Source: Hormiphora californensis
Lineage: Eukaryota; Animalia; Ctenophora
Length of the DNA: 64,000 nucleotides
Assembly (NCBI GenBank): GCA_020137815.1
Contig: CM035353.1
Span: forward strand, 4,836,001 to 4,900,000
Direction of reading: 5' to 3'
Within the stretch, counting starts at the first letter, position 1. The number at the start of each line of letters is the position of its first letter. Below are positions 34,396-47,249 of this stretch, in pieces. Under the pieces are notes generated by a model, which worked only from the letters and a program-made list of their open reading frames with translations, was not told the origin of the DNA and ran no database searches. The translations under genes were made by a program, and so were the position numbers.

Positions 34396-36507
34396 ATATA
34401 TGTGCCCCGCACTGCCCTATTTATCCTCCATTATTTTGTCCTTGCCGCTGTTTGCAAGTGAGTGTATAATTCATTTCTATCTTATATTTTACGAGACTGA
34501 AGTAGAAATTTACACAGAAGAACGAAAGTTACAGGCGTTAAAAGTTGACACAACACTCTTGTTTCAATGTTTTAACATTAGATTCACTTACAGCTTGGGT
34601 CCAACCCAAGTCACGAGTGCGGTAGTATAGGTTGAGAATTGTAAAGATATTAAAATATTGTTTAAAGAAGAATAAATTATTTCATGTTTATGAAGTACGT
34701 CAAATGGTTTGTCTTGAGTGTTTGACAGCAGGTTGGATCGAGCAATTTGTGTACGAGAGCAAACGCAAGCTCCTGGGACGTCATGTCTGGCTGATATGTT
34801 GTGATGTGAGTTTGAGTGAGTGATACACTAAAGAGAGGGATCAGATGTAGGGGCTCCGGTAGCTTTGGTTGTTGAGCACCCCATAGTGTACCAAAGGAAG
34901 GAGTTTCATCTCCGCGGCCACAGCTTCTTTCCCTTGGCTTGTTCCTCTTCCCGTTCTACATGCCTCATACTGTTCAAATGGAAAATTCCATTTACCGCAT
35001 GATTATAACTAACAATTGAACTTGGATATCCTTGGCTGAAAATAGCAAAAATAATAAAATGATATAAAAATTGAAACTGCACTAATAAGACGAGAGAAAA
35101 CAAAAATTGTCAGTTTTGTTGAGAGCACTTACCCACTTCTTTCTTCAGCTTCAGGATCTTCTTGTTCAGTCGTACACATTGATTACAGGTTCGCTCTGCC
35201 TCCGCCCGGAGCTCACTCGCTGAAAATAACAAAGATAATAAAATTGATAAAACGTAACACGGGGGAATGGGGGAGGCATGGTACAAGGGAAGATGGGGCC
35301 GGGGCGGGCACCCGGGTCTAAAATGGAGGGCGCTGTATTTTTGGTCTCAGAGATTCAGGTACACCATTTACACCATAGTGTGCTGGTGTACTAGTACTAC
35401 CCCTCGAGTAGGTTGAAACTCGAGTAGGTTGATGGTACATGGGGTCAGGATAGCCGTACCAGTAGGGTGGGGGTAGTTGATGTTTAAAACAGTGTTGCAC
35501 TGTTGTCCAAAAATTGTCTGTGAGCGGTTTGGGCGTAGTTGATGTTGGGCCCGGTGGCTTTGAAAACAATAAGAAGTAATAAAAATATCAGATCATAATA
35601 CTAGATCAAATAAACAGTGTTATAAAATGTTACCAGATTAAAAGCTACACTAGAATTATAAAAGATGTTAATTGATACCAACTAAAGAGATAGAAAATAG
35701 TAGAAAAAGTGGAAAAAGATGAAAAAGTTACGCTAAAAAGAAAAAAGATGTTCATTGCTCTTAAAATGATGATGAGAGAAATAATATTTAGAATTACAAC
35801 TACCTTAGTAACAGTATATGTAGTAACAAAATCAAATAAAAAAGATGAGCAAAAAGATGTGCTAAACAATGTTAAAAGAGTCGAGATATGAAAACCAATA
35901 AAAGCAGACGAAATGTTTTATGCCATAATCCCATGAAATATTCACTTTACACACAAAAACCCTGCCTAAATCAATGCATTGATTCACTGAGCCCGCTCAA
36001 AACTCCAGTTGGTCAAAAAGAAATTTAATGACCTAACAGTTTGTTCATAGATTAGCTTAACTGAGCATGCAGCTTGCTCAAAACTCCAGTTTGCCAAAAA
36101 CAAATTGTAGGACTCTGAACAGTACTTCAGAAGTGCCTCACTGTCAATTAACCTTCTTCATACAGTTCCATCACCTGCATGCTCCTGAGTCAGTTGTAAC
36201 TCATATTTCGACTTCGTTTGTTTCACATTTTCAACTCTCAAGTGTGTATGGGACAATGCCTAAAAACGTGGCGTATTCAATGAATGCTATTCATGCCGCC
36301 TCAAGGAATCAGAGATCACCAACTATGTAATGTGAAATATAATATGAATAGTCATACATTATACATCACTATATATCACTGTTATCATCGACTTTATTAA
36401 TGTTATGATTATTAATGTTATGATTAAGCTGTGAACAATCGGTTAAATAGCCTTTTAACCAATTACGAGCAGTGATTGATTTTAAATACTTTTGAACGAT
36501 TGTGTAC

Positions 36508-36655
36508 CTGTGTGTGTTCATGTGTCTTTGTAGAGTTTGGTTCAGAGCGAATGCCTTATCACAAATGGTTCATTTGAAATGTTTCTCCTGGTGGAGCTTC
36601 AGGTGCTTTGTTAGTGACTGCACGTGTGCGTATGATGCAGGGCACCTGTTACCCC
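36508..36655 (-). pseudogene. C2H2 zinc-finger fragment with an in-frame stop (not in the ORF track)
   Basis: NRCPASYAHVQSLTKHLKLHQEKHFK*TICDKAFALNQTLQRHMNTH. Confidence 0.85.
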
Positions 36656-37325
36656 CGTGTGCCTTAGGAGCGTGATCTTTTTTGTAGTCCACCTTTCGAC
36701 ACACACAGCTCCACCCCTCCTCGTGCTCACCCTCTCACCGGTTGTATATGCATTATGCACAGACAGTCGATTATATGGTCTAAAATCGCAGATTTGGCAC
36801 TTTTACTCGCCCTCCGACGGGAAGGATCGTCCTCGCTGACCGGGCAGCACGTATTGTTTCCCCTTATGGATTCGGGGATAGTGTTTCACAATGTACTTGT
36901 GTGTTCTCCACTTTAACCACTCTCCTGGGGATACATGACAGTATGAAATTGATAGCAGCAATATTTCCTGACATATTTCTAGTTGTTTGTAATCTTTCTG
37001 GGCCAGACCCGCAGAAAAATACTGTCCTTGAGAAAAATTGGACACTTTTTAATATAATCCCTTTTATACCCTTAAATTTCACGTACCCCTTTCCTCTATA
37101 ATCAGAGATGCGAGAATAGCCAGCCTTCTCTCATAGTTCCCTAGAATCAATCCCTGTATTTCCTGGTAATGGTCCGTCCTTTTGGATACCTTCCAGGGGA
37201 AAATCTTTTTCTTATCCCACTTCGTGAGGACTTCCTCAAGGAACTCATCATACTCTGCTTTCCTCATCGTACCAGGAGGGAAGATTCCTTGTGCGGGATT
37301 CATTCTAGAGAGCTATGAATGATTT

Positions 37326-38888
37326 GGGGGGGTTCCCATGGTATACTTTGGTATACTTTGGCACTTTCCACAACTTTTTCAGCGATTTTCCATATACCAA
37401 AGTATACCAAAGTATACCAAAGTATACCAAGGTATACCAAAGTATACCATAAAAATTTTGAAAAAGGTAAAATTTAAGCGATAAGTTAACATAAATGACT
37501 AAATTTGTAAAACTACATCCTTATTTCTTTATAAGTTGGTAATATAACGCTTATTAAACCGATTTTTACGTTTTTGTTACATCATCCGGCTAGTGCTTCT
37601 AGGCTTGCCACTCGGGTTCGATTCCCGGTGAAGGCAATTTTTGAAAAATTTTTGGAGACTTTACCAAATACTATTTGAACATTTTCTTGACTTTTTAAAA
37701 GTGTTTTTATCATACTCAAATGGGTCCCAATTTGTCAAACCCCAGTTTTCTGACTCACCATTTTATAGGTACAGTCGGACCCCGATTTAGGGACCCCCGA
37801 TTTAGGGACACCCCGATTTAGGGACAGGATTTTTTTCCCCCAAAAATTTTTGAATTTTTTTTGGGAAATTTTTCGTGAAATCTTTCAAAAAGATTCCAGC
37901 CATGTCCGAATCGTGTTTCGAATCGGTGCATCTTATCGCATGTCCTTCTGCTAATTAGACGGTTCGGAACGAACCGACACGTGATCCCCATGGTGCCCAT
38001 TGAATCACAAGTTCACCAAGGTCCAAGCGTCAAAATTTCGATTCGATGGGGATCACGTTTCGATTCGTTCCGTTTAGCAGCAGGACATGCGATAAGATGC
38101 ACCGATTCGAAACACGATTCGGACGTGGCTGGTATACCTTTAAAAAATTTTATAACTTTTTTTGCAAAATTTTACAGTACAATTGTCAATGCTTTGATCG
38201 GTGCTCCCCATAAATTTTGAAAGAAAAGGTTATTTTGAAATTTTTATACTTCCTCACCCGCTTAGGGTGCCCCGATTCGGTATGGTATCACGTATCGGTT
38301 CGTTTTGAACCCGCTAATTAGACAGGATATCCAGTAAGTTGCACCGATTCGAAATACAAACCGGACGGGCTGGTATAACTTAGAAAATTTTCCACTTTTT
38401 TTTGAAAAATAATTATTTTATATTTTTCTTTTTCTAATCAGAAATGATCATGTCATCAATACATGAATATTGCATATAACAGTTAGAGGTGTATTTAGTC
38501 TTAATAATATAGCATTTTGGGCAATAAAATAGGTTTTTTGGGTCAAATATGGCTCACCCCGGTCCCCGATTTAGTGGACACCCCGATTTAGTGGACAAGA
38601 CCCTTTCCCCCGAGGGCGTCCCTAAATCGGGGTCCGACTGTAATATTTTCCCTCGATTCTATGAATTTAGCCTATTTAGCACCATTGTCCAATTTTATGA
38701 GTCAAGAAAGTTTATATAAAATGTTTTAAAGCCTTAACTGTTGTAAATTAACACTTTAAAGTACGTAAAGCTATTAAAAAGATATGGTATACTTTGGTAT
38801 ATTTTGGTATTTTCCACATAATTTTTTGGGATTTTCCATATACCAAAGTATACCAAAGTATACCAAAGTATACCATGGGAACCCCCCC
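37326..38888. mobile_element. Poly-G-ended TIR element, 8-bp TSD, 10-bp subterminal tandem repeats; contains a nested pogo-like MITE
   Basis: G7-ttcccatggtatactttgg / ccaaagtataccatgggaa-C7; aatgattt at 37318-37325 and 38889-38896; (aaagtatacc)n. Confidence 0.92.
37772..38640. mobile_element. Tc1/mariner-pogo-like MITE (869 bp), TA TSD
   Basis: 23-bp perfect TIR cagtcggaccccgatttagggac; TA on both sides; internal palindrome ~37890-38140. Confidence 0.92.
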
Positions 38889-39123
38889 AATGATTTATAT
38901 CTGGTTAGGAGCCCCCAGTTGTTTTGGGCGTGTCGTTACCGGACGGTGGTGTTTAATTTAATTGTATATGAATTTTACTACAATATGATCCTCCATGCAC
39001 TCTTTGCCCTCCAGAGCTTGTACCGGGGTGCCTGTTTCGGTGCCGGTGACCCTGCCGCTGCCACTCAAACTATTAATAATATATTACTAATCTATTAAAT
39101 CTAAACAATTCTTTCCTTTACAC

Positions 39124-39242
39124 CTAGTGTTGATCAAAACAGCTGGGATGGTAGCCGAGCATCTTATGGTACGACTCTCCATAGGAGACGAGGAGCTCCA
39201 TTCCCTCCCCTATCCCACGTTTCGTATAATACTCAACCTCAC
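39124..39242 (-). pseudogene. PR/SET domain C-terminal exon fragment (PRDM-like)
   Basis: After a CAG acceptor (39243-39245): GEVEYYTKRGIGEGMELLVSYGESYHKMLGY, matching the ELLxxYG motif. Confidence 0.75.
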
Positions 39243-39894
39243 CTGGGAAATATATTTAGATTATTATTAGGAGACGGTTCAGTTCAACAAATCACACTCT
39301 AAAAAATCGTTATTTCCCAGTATTTTTAAGTGTGAATCACCTTTTCAGATTCTCATGACATTCTCCTCCAATAATTATGAATCAGGGTGGGTATAAATCT
39401 TTTCTCTGGAATAAATTTAATTGTATACATATATGAATTTACTATATGCTCCTCCGTGTAGTGGGGTGCCGGTTTCTTGGGTGGTGCCACTGCCGTAGCA
39501 TTCGGAGGCTGCTACGACAAGGGAGTCGGTCTTAACCCCACAATAAACTCTGTCGCACCCCCCAAGTCCCTTATCAGTCGGGATGATAAGGGCTTTTCTG
39601 CCTATTGTTTCTCCTGGCAGCAGCTCAGTGAACCCCACCCTAAGGAACTCCTGAACCCCCATCTCCAACTCTTTCAAGGCCTTGGCCCGCTCTATAAATG
39701 CTCTATTTGCCCTCCAGGACTTGTAATGGGGTGCCGGTTTCTTGGCCGGTGGTGCCACTGCCGATGGCCCTGCTGATGGCGTGTTTGCCAGTGCCTCCGT
39801 CATCTGATCAAACGAACGCCTGAGGCGTGTCATCTCATTCACCGTGTTGAGCTGGGAATAGGGGAATGATAGGTGGCAATCTTACTAAGTATGT

Positions 39895-39977
39895 CTTCCT
39901 TTAAGGTTGTGGTGGGGTTCTTGGATGGTGCCTGTTACAGGCACCATCCAAGAACCCCACCACAACCTTAAAGGAAG
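39895..39977. repeat. Perfect 83-bp palindrome (41-bp arms, 1-nt spacer)
   Basis: cttcctttaaggttgtggtggggttcttggatggtgcctgt-t-acaggcaccatccaagaaccccaccacaaccttaaaggaag. Confidence 0.97.
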
Positions 39978-41259
39978 TACCACTGCCGCAAGTCTTTCCT
40001 CAATTTCCTGATCCATTCCTCCATTCGTATGTATGCCTTAGTTCCGTTATCCCATTCACCAAAAATTAAATTAAATTAAGGGATTAAATAGGAAATTGTT
40101 GCAATTGTAGCAAGAGCATTTTTTTATTATAAAGATATCCCAGATAACTATTATTATTACATATTAATTATAAGAAGCAGTTTGGAGGGTCATTTTTTAC
40201 TTTGTCACATTAGGCTAAGTTGTGTTGGAGGTGTTTTACAACCCTCTGACTGTCCCTCTATAATACCCTTCATATACAGCAAGGAGCTCCCTTTCGCAAG
40301 CGTCTATCGTGCCATTTAGCAACAAATTCCCATCGACCATTCTGTGGCCTCTCCCGGTTCGATATCCCGGGAAATTCATTTCACCCTATCATCGGACAAA
40401 TATATTGCTGCTACAGTAATTCCCACTCTAAGAAATTCTCTTGAATAGTCTTCGCAGGGTTGGGTACAAAGTTCCTTCGTCTTCATCCCTTACAATTAAA
40501 CATAAAAACATAAGTTTTTCTTCAGACATGATATTCGAATTTATTATTTTTTCCTGCCCAAAACCCTCTTCTCCTGCTTCTTCCGCGTACTCGCCGTCTA
40601 CACATTGAATATCTGGACTACTTTTTAGAGAAGTCTATACCGTAGTGGTATGGGTAGAACGCTCGGCCTACGCCTCTATCCTTTTCTGATAATGATCAGT
40701 TTCCTTAGAGATATTTAATGGGAAGATGATCTTCCGAAGATCCCATTTTTGTCCCATTTCCCTAGGACCTCCTCCAGAAACTCCGTATTCCTCAGCCTTC
40801 ATAGTTCATCTTCCCTTAAATTTCACCCACCATGTCCTCTATCATAGATGCTAGAACGGCCAGCCTTCTCTCGCACGTTCCCTGAATCCTTTCCTGGATT
40901 TCCTGATAATAATTACAGTAGTTTCCTTGGAGATCTTTAATGGGAAGATCCCATTTGCATTACGGTCCCATTTCGCCAGGATCGCAGAGGGGACGGGGAT
41001 GATCTGGCGCCTTTTTTGACTGCTGAGATCATATTTAACCTTAATTAAGGCATTTTTTCAAGTCGGAGCACAGATTATAGTCAATGAATATTGGCCTTTG
41101 TAAAATGGAAAAATGGGGTGCTGTGTGGGATAAAGCTGAAAGCAAACCTTTTTTGTTGCGCAGTTTTCCAGGTCTCTCTGCTCAAGGAGAGTTCAGGGAA
41201 TTGCAGCCAATACTCCTGTACTTTTTTATTTTTCATTTAAAAATATATTCTGGTGGTGG

Positions 41260-41600
41260 TGCAGGTGGATAGGTGCCTTCGTTGGTGTCTTGTCAGGTGC
41301 ACCTTCCTGCTCTTTCTATGGTTGAACAGGGTTTTCCTGTCACCAAATGTCAAACCACACTCAGTGCAGGCATGCGGTTTTGGTTGAGTGGGTGGAGGTG
41401 GTGGTGCAGGTGAAGATTGGTGCCGTAACTGGTGTCGGGTCAGGTGCCCCTTCCTGCTCGTAGTGTAGTCGCAATCCTCGCACTTGAATCGTTCAATCTT
41501 CAAGTTCACGAACTCTACGTGGGCCCAGCACCAACTTTTAGCCGTGTTTTCATAGGGACAGAGAGGACAAACAAATTTCCCCTCTCCGCAATATGTATTG
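41260..41600 (-). pseudogene. C2H2 zinc-finger array fragment (3 fingers plus a partial)
   Basis: FVCPLCPY...WAH, FKCEDCDYTTSRKGHLTRHQLRH, HACTECGLTFGDRKTLFNHRK. Confidence 0.85.
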
Positions 41601-42174
41601 AGCTTGAATACTTTCCTAATAGAATTCGGGTTATTGTCGCACTGCCGCTTTTCGATGTACTGGTGCGCTTGCATTCTGATGAGCATTGAGCACTTGTCTA
41701 CTATCAAAACTATTTGTTTCAACTTCTCGACTCGGAGGGCAAGTAGGCATGCTCTGAATTATGTTTCCAGGTAAAATCGTTTGTCCTCGTTGCAGGAAAT
41801 TAATGAATTTGAAAGTATGACACCTTCTTAGAAGTATTCCAATATAATGTATGATTCACACCCCCAGACGGACTTTATTGGGACCGTCACGGGCTGTCGG
41901 TGGTATTATCCTCTTTCTTTCTACTTTCTTTCTTTGGTGGGTATCCTCGGAGGTGACAGGGGTCGCAAGGCCGTTGACCTCTCACTCTCATACCGCCTCT
42001 GCTTCTCCTCTTTCTTTGCCAGTTGATGGACGATTCATTAACCCACGCTTGGTAACCATCTTCGTACTCAACTAATATTTTTTTACCTGCGAAATATATG
42101 GTATCAAAATAAAATTAATTCACCGGAAAGGTTAGCCCTTCATTTCTGTCACCAATATATTGAGGTACAGAGTG

Positions 42175-42480
42175 TTAATTTTTGGTTATCAACAGCCCAT
42201 ACTTGAGATAACCTCTATTTTCTAGTGTGTCATGGTGAGTTAGTCGCCTGAGTATTGGGTAGATATCCCCTTCTGGATCCCCTAATATATTGTTTCGAAA
42301 CAGCTTGTATTTCCCAAAGGACCCCTTTGCCAAGTCTCTATTATTTACATAATGCACTCTGAACCGGAAGAGATCAGCTAAACAGGTGGGCGGGACTTCT
42401 TCCTCTTCGCAGAAACTAATGAACTGATCGTAAAGGGCTTTACACCTTCTGTACTTACCGCATCTTGGAATATCGAACAA
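42175..42480 (-). pseudogene. Possible tyrosine-recombinase N-terminal (SAM-like) domain fragment, DIRS/Crypton type
   Basis: LYDQFISFCEEEEVPPTCLADLFRFRVHYVNNRDLAKGSFGKY resembles the YxxFxxFC...FxxxL...LAxxSxxxY pattern; no catalytic RHRY region seen. Confidence 0.45.
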
Positions 42481-42855
42481 ACCCTCAACGTCGTGCAGCT
42501 CTCAACGTCGTGCAGCTGTCCTGAATCTCTTACTAATTGCTGCAAGGGTGGTAAGTTGTACTCGACCCTCCTATGATGTTAGGGGATCCAGCAACAATCA
42601 TCATGTCGTTTATGAATACCGAAAGATGTTCAAGCACCGCCTTAGCACCTCTGATGCCAGTTTTTTATAGGTCAATTTTGCATTTAGTGGGTCCACTCGT
42701 CCAAGGAGATGTCCCTCTACTACATACTTTTAAATACTTAATATACTACTTAATATTATTACTATTAATTTTTTTTTGTTAGGAAGAGCTTGGCATTTCT
42801 TGAGTTCCTCTCCTAGTATCACACTAGAACGGAAGATCCACGTTCATTTCTTGAG

Positions 42856-43020
42856 TTATCCCGAGGATTTGGATTCCTCGTGCCTCGTTATGCCATTATT
42901 TAACCAAGCAAACTTTCTAAATCCGGTGCTGGTCCACGGGGGGCAACTTCCCATCAGGAGACACGGCCAGCAGTAGAGACCCCCATCATGCGCAGTAAAC
43001 CAGGACTTCTGATCACGGAT
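42856..43020 (-). pseudogene. hAT transposase TTF-type zinc-finger fragment
   Basis: KSWFTAHDGGLYCWPCLLMGSCPPWTSTGFRKFAWLNNGITRHEES. Confidence 0.7.
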
Positions 43021-43789
43021 GTTATCTGAAGGGGAAGAAAGAGCGTTGCTGGTACTTACTATGAGAAGAAAATGTATTATGACAGTTGACGTACTGTCCA
43101 TCGTACACAGCCCCTTTTACGTGACAATTTACATATTGCCCGTCATAGACTGCCCCTTTCACGTGGCAGTAGATCTGAAGGAATCCAGAATCTTTTGAAT
43201 CTAGTCTGATTTCTTGAAATCAAATGAATGAATTGTCTTAGCCATATATATACATATATACATACATTTACCTATTATCCAAGGATGAGTTGCGTCCACC
43301 AGCACATAGGCTGGGTCCCTCAACTTCCTCTCCAACTTGTTCACTGCCAGCCAAGGATCCGCCACATCCAAGTCCACCATATGAACCCACCGCGTCTTTG
43401 GCAGCAGACCTTTCTCCATTATCGAGTCCACCAGTTTCCGATCACAGCAATGCACAGCCCACCCTTCCCTCTTCCTCTCAAGATCAGCCCACCGATCAGG
43501 AAGTGGGTAAAAATATCCGTTGATTGCCCGAACCTGATTCACCCCATTTTTTTGTTCTCCTTTGCCATCTCCCCTTGTTTCTCCTCTCCTCACGTAACAC
43601 CTCTTCCCAGTTCTCAGGAGCCACCCCTGCAGCCTCTAAAACCTGGTCCAGTACCATCCAACCATGGGGGCCATGCTCCAATTTGGGTGCCCCCGAAGCT
43701 CCCCGCAACACTGATGTTACCATTCTGCTCATAGCTAAAGATGTGAAAGCATTACTAATGTATTATATACATGTGATTACTAATGTATA

Positions 43790-43945
43790 CAGTCGGACCC
43801 CGATTTAGGGACCCCCGATTTAGTGGCACCCCGATTTAGGGACAGGATTTTTTTTCCCCCGATATAGGAAATTAACCTTATTTGACCCCGATTTAGTGAA
43901 CAAGAGCCTTTCCCCCGAGGGTGTCCCTAAATCGGGGTCCGACTG
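43790..43945. mobile_element. 156-bp pogo-like MITE, same family as 37772-38640
   Basis: Same 23-bp TIR; TA at 43788-43789 and 43946-43947. Confidence 0.93.
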
Positions 43946-46416
43946 TAGTTATTATCCAATGTTTTTCACAAAACACTCTGTATTACATATTAACGATCCA
44001 ATAAGTCTCGTAATTTTAAATTTACTTTACAGTAATAATAGTACAATAATAGTACAATCAGATCATGAATTATATACTGTAGTATGTAAGTGATTCGTTA
44101 TCATAGGTTACCCCATCCACACCCATCCTCCTTGTCCGACTCGGACACGTAATTAACCCTATTTGAATCTCAACTGCATCTGCTGCATTGAAAAAACTCT
44201 CATGGTAGGCAAATGCCTTCTTCCGTAATTCCTCTTTCAGGTGCCCACCAGCAATATCTATTTGATGTTTCGTGCGTTAAGGTACACCGTACATATACGG
44301 GCTATTTGAATGGAGAGTTTAGTCTTCAGTCCTATCAGTGCGTAAATTTATGCATTTATATTGATACGAGCAGTTATCCCTGTGGGTAGTTTGTCAATCA
44401 CATTTTCAACATATACGGGAAGGTCTTTGTTTGTCAGCACCTTCTCCCACCTGAAATTGCATTTATTTATTATTAATTTTTCTCCACCTCCAGAATCTTT
44501 TGAATCTGATTTCTTAAAATCAAATGAATGAATTGTCTTATCCATACATTTACCTATTGTCCAAGGGATTTTTTTTCGAAACACTCTGTATTACTTATTA
44601 GCAATCCATTAAGTCTCGTAATTTTTAAATTAACAATAAAATTGATCTTCTCTCTTTACAGTACTACATGTATAATAATAGTATAATCAGAATTACTTTG
44701 TATACTGTACTAGTATGCAATGTAAATGATTCATCATCATAGGTTACACCATCCTCCTTGTCCGACTCCGATGCGTAAACATCCTGTAGTGAGCAAACGT
44801 TACCTCATCTTCTCTATCGATGTCACTGAAAGCAGGAGAAGCACTTGAAATTCCACTAGCTTGAGCGTCTCGTGCATGGCAGATTTTGAATGATGGTAGT
44901 TATCAATAATGGACTAAATTCGGATTTGCTGCCAACATTATGCACCTATCGAATGTTGTCTCGAAGAGATGTTTCCATGAACAGTTGCTGCATGCACCAA
45001 TATAATCCTCATCTTTCTTCTGACTCCAAAGTTCAGGTTACAGGATCTGGTCTCTGCCTCAGGAGAAGGGGTGGTCTTCCTCACAGCTTGGCCCTTGGTG
45101 TCACCATCTAATAACATTTATACACTAGACTAATAGTATGTATCAATAGTTTTTATCAGTATAGGCCAGACTCGAGTTAAAAGTAGTCAGCTGTATTGAT
45201 GTTAATATTTTTTTAACGTTTTTAAAAGTTTCCAGTTTTATGTCCATACCATGCGTATCAGATCAGTTAGGCGGATCCCTCGTTTCACAGCTCCTGAATT
45301 CTTTTCATAATTAAACCTATCAGAAACTTAACTGGATATTCTGCCAAATTCATGAGGTAGGGTGTCGTATTAAATTATCTTTGACTCCAATGATCTCAAT
45401 TGAGATTTTAGAGAGGTGTATTGGATGTCCTCAGTCCTGCCCTGAGAACTTCATGTCCATTGTCAATTAATTGCCGGCGGCAATTTGCCGCTCACAAAAC
45501 GCATTGGAGCAATATTCGCCCATGTTTTCAGCCTCATACACTTCCAAGCAGTGGTTGCAGTATACCAATTTCTGTGGAGTTCTAATATCTGTACTGAGTT
45601 CGGGGCTCTATATTTTAATTGGAGCGGCTTGTAAACAGACTCACTCACAAAACTTTGTGAATCTAGTAATTAAAACTGTTCAGTCTATGGAAAACCATTT
45701 GGGCAGCCTCGAAATAGATGCACGGGTAGTAACAGGTGGGATCTGTGATGTTAAATACACCAAGAACAGTCCCAGCTGTTACATCATACATGCCGTAGGG
45801 CACATGCCTTTTGCCAATTAGTTCCCGGTCCACTGCAAAAACATTTCCTATATTGTCAGTTAGTAGTCCATCTATACACATGAAATGTTCTTGCTGAACA
45901 CTATAAATTATCCTGTTTTTACTCCCTGTGGTTTCCAACAGAACGACCCCTTTCCTATAGCACAGTAGCTGGTTCAGATCAGTTGATGAGGTACCACTCA
46001 GCATGCTGGCCACTAGCTGGGAGTGGTCTTAATTCAATGGCATGGTTTTCGGGGTGTTCTTGAGTGGCTTTTGAAGGCTGATTGATGTTGGGTGGCTAAG
46101 CTCTATTTTCTCCTTCAGTTTAACAATAGCAGCTCTCGCGTTTGCTGCCTTTGCTACTTGCAGGGCAGGCTTTTGACTGCCTAAAAAGTTGACGATATTA
46201 CTAATTCACCAACAAATTATTACATATATAATATAGGGGGGGGGGCAAGCCAAAAAAAGCCAGATCAATCCCGGATTTTAGGGCGGGTTTGGCTTTTTTT
46301 GACCCTACTTTTGTGGTCATTTTGGCATGTTATTCTGACATTATATATGGTCTGTATGATATTGAAAACACTTTAAAATGGCTTCTTTGACCTGGTTTTA
46401 CCATTTTATATTATAT

Positions 46417-47249
46417 GGGGGGGGGACATGTTAATTGTTAATAAATCACCTCTTTTTTCCGATTTTGTTAATTAACGTTAATTAACAAAATTAACAAAAT
46501 TAACAAATGCTAAAATATTGGTGTTATCGGTTGATAATACGACTTTAACTGATTTAATTTTGTAGTTTAATAACTTATCTAACGTTTGTATGCCCATGCA
46601 AGGCCTCCTCTGATAACATAAGTCCAACATACAAGTTTTTTGGCTCCAAATCGATCAAAATTTAAAGAGTACGAATATTTCAATTTAGCGTGTAAAATGT
46701 CACTTGAATGTAATTTTTTCATTGATAATCCATTCTTCAGACGAAAGAAAGTGATGTACAACGTTTCTGTTTGAAAAATACGAAAAAATTCCCAAAATTG
46801 CTTTTTTTGGTCAAAAATTGAAAATTTGCTTCGCTACAAATCCTTGTGTTTTTTTAGAAAAAATTATTTTTGGGATATTTTTCGATTGAAGGTAAATTTA
46901 TGAGTCTTATTAAGTTTTTAAGGTTTGAAAATGCGGATTAGTGTCATTTGACCTCAATTGCGGTTCAGGTTGGCTAGTTTTTGTTCGAATTTACAAAATG
47001 GAACAAATCGTTGTGGGAAGGCTGTAGTAGACGGCTTGGGGGTATGCAAATCATGCAGAAGGAACATCTTTGTTCGCAGAACAACATGCAGCATGTGTAA
47101 TACCAAAAAACACGTGCTAAAGGGACTTTAGATGGTATAAATGGCATTTGTTAATGTTTGTTAACTTTTGTTAATTATGTTAATAAATCACCTGTTTTTT
47201 CGATGTTAATATTAACAAAGTTAACAAAATTAACATGTCCCCCCCCCCC
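46417..47249. mobile_element. Poly-G-ended TIR element (833 bp), 8-bp TSD, 10-bp subterminal repeats
   Basis: G9-acatgttaatt / aattaacatgt-C11; tattatat at 46409-46416 and 47250-47257; (attaacaaa)n-type repeats. Confidence 0.92.
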
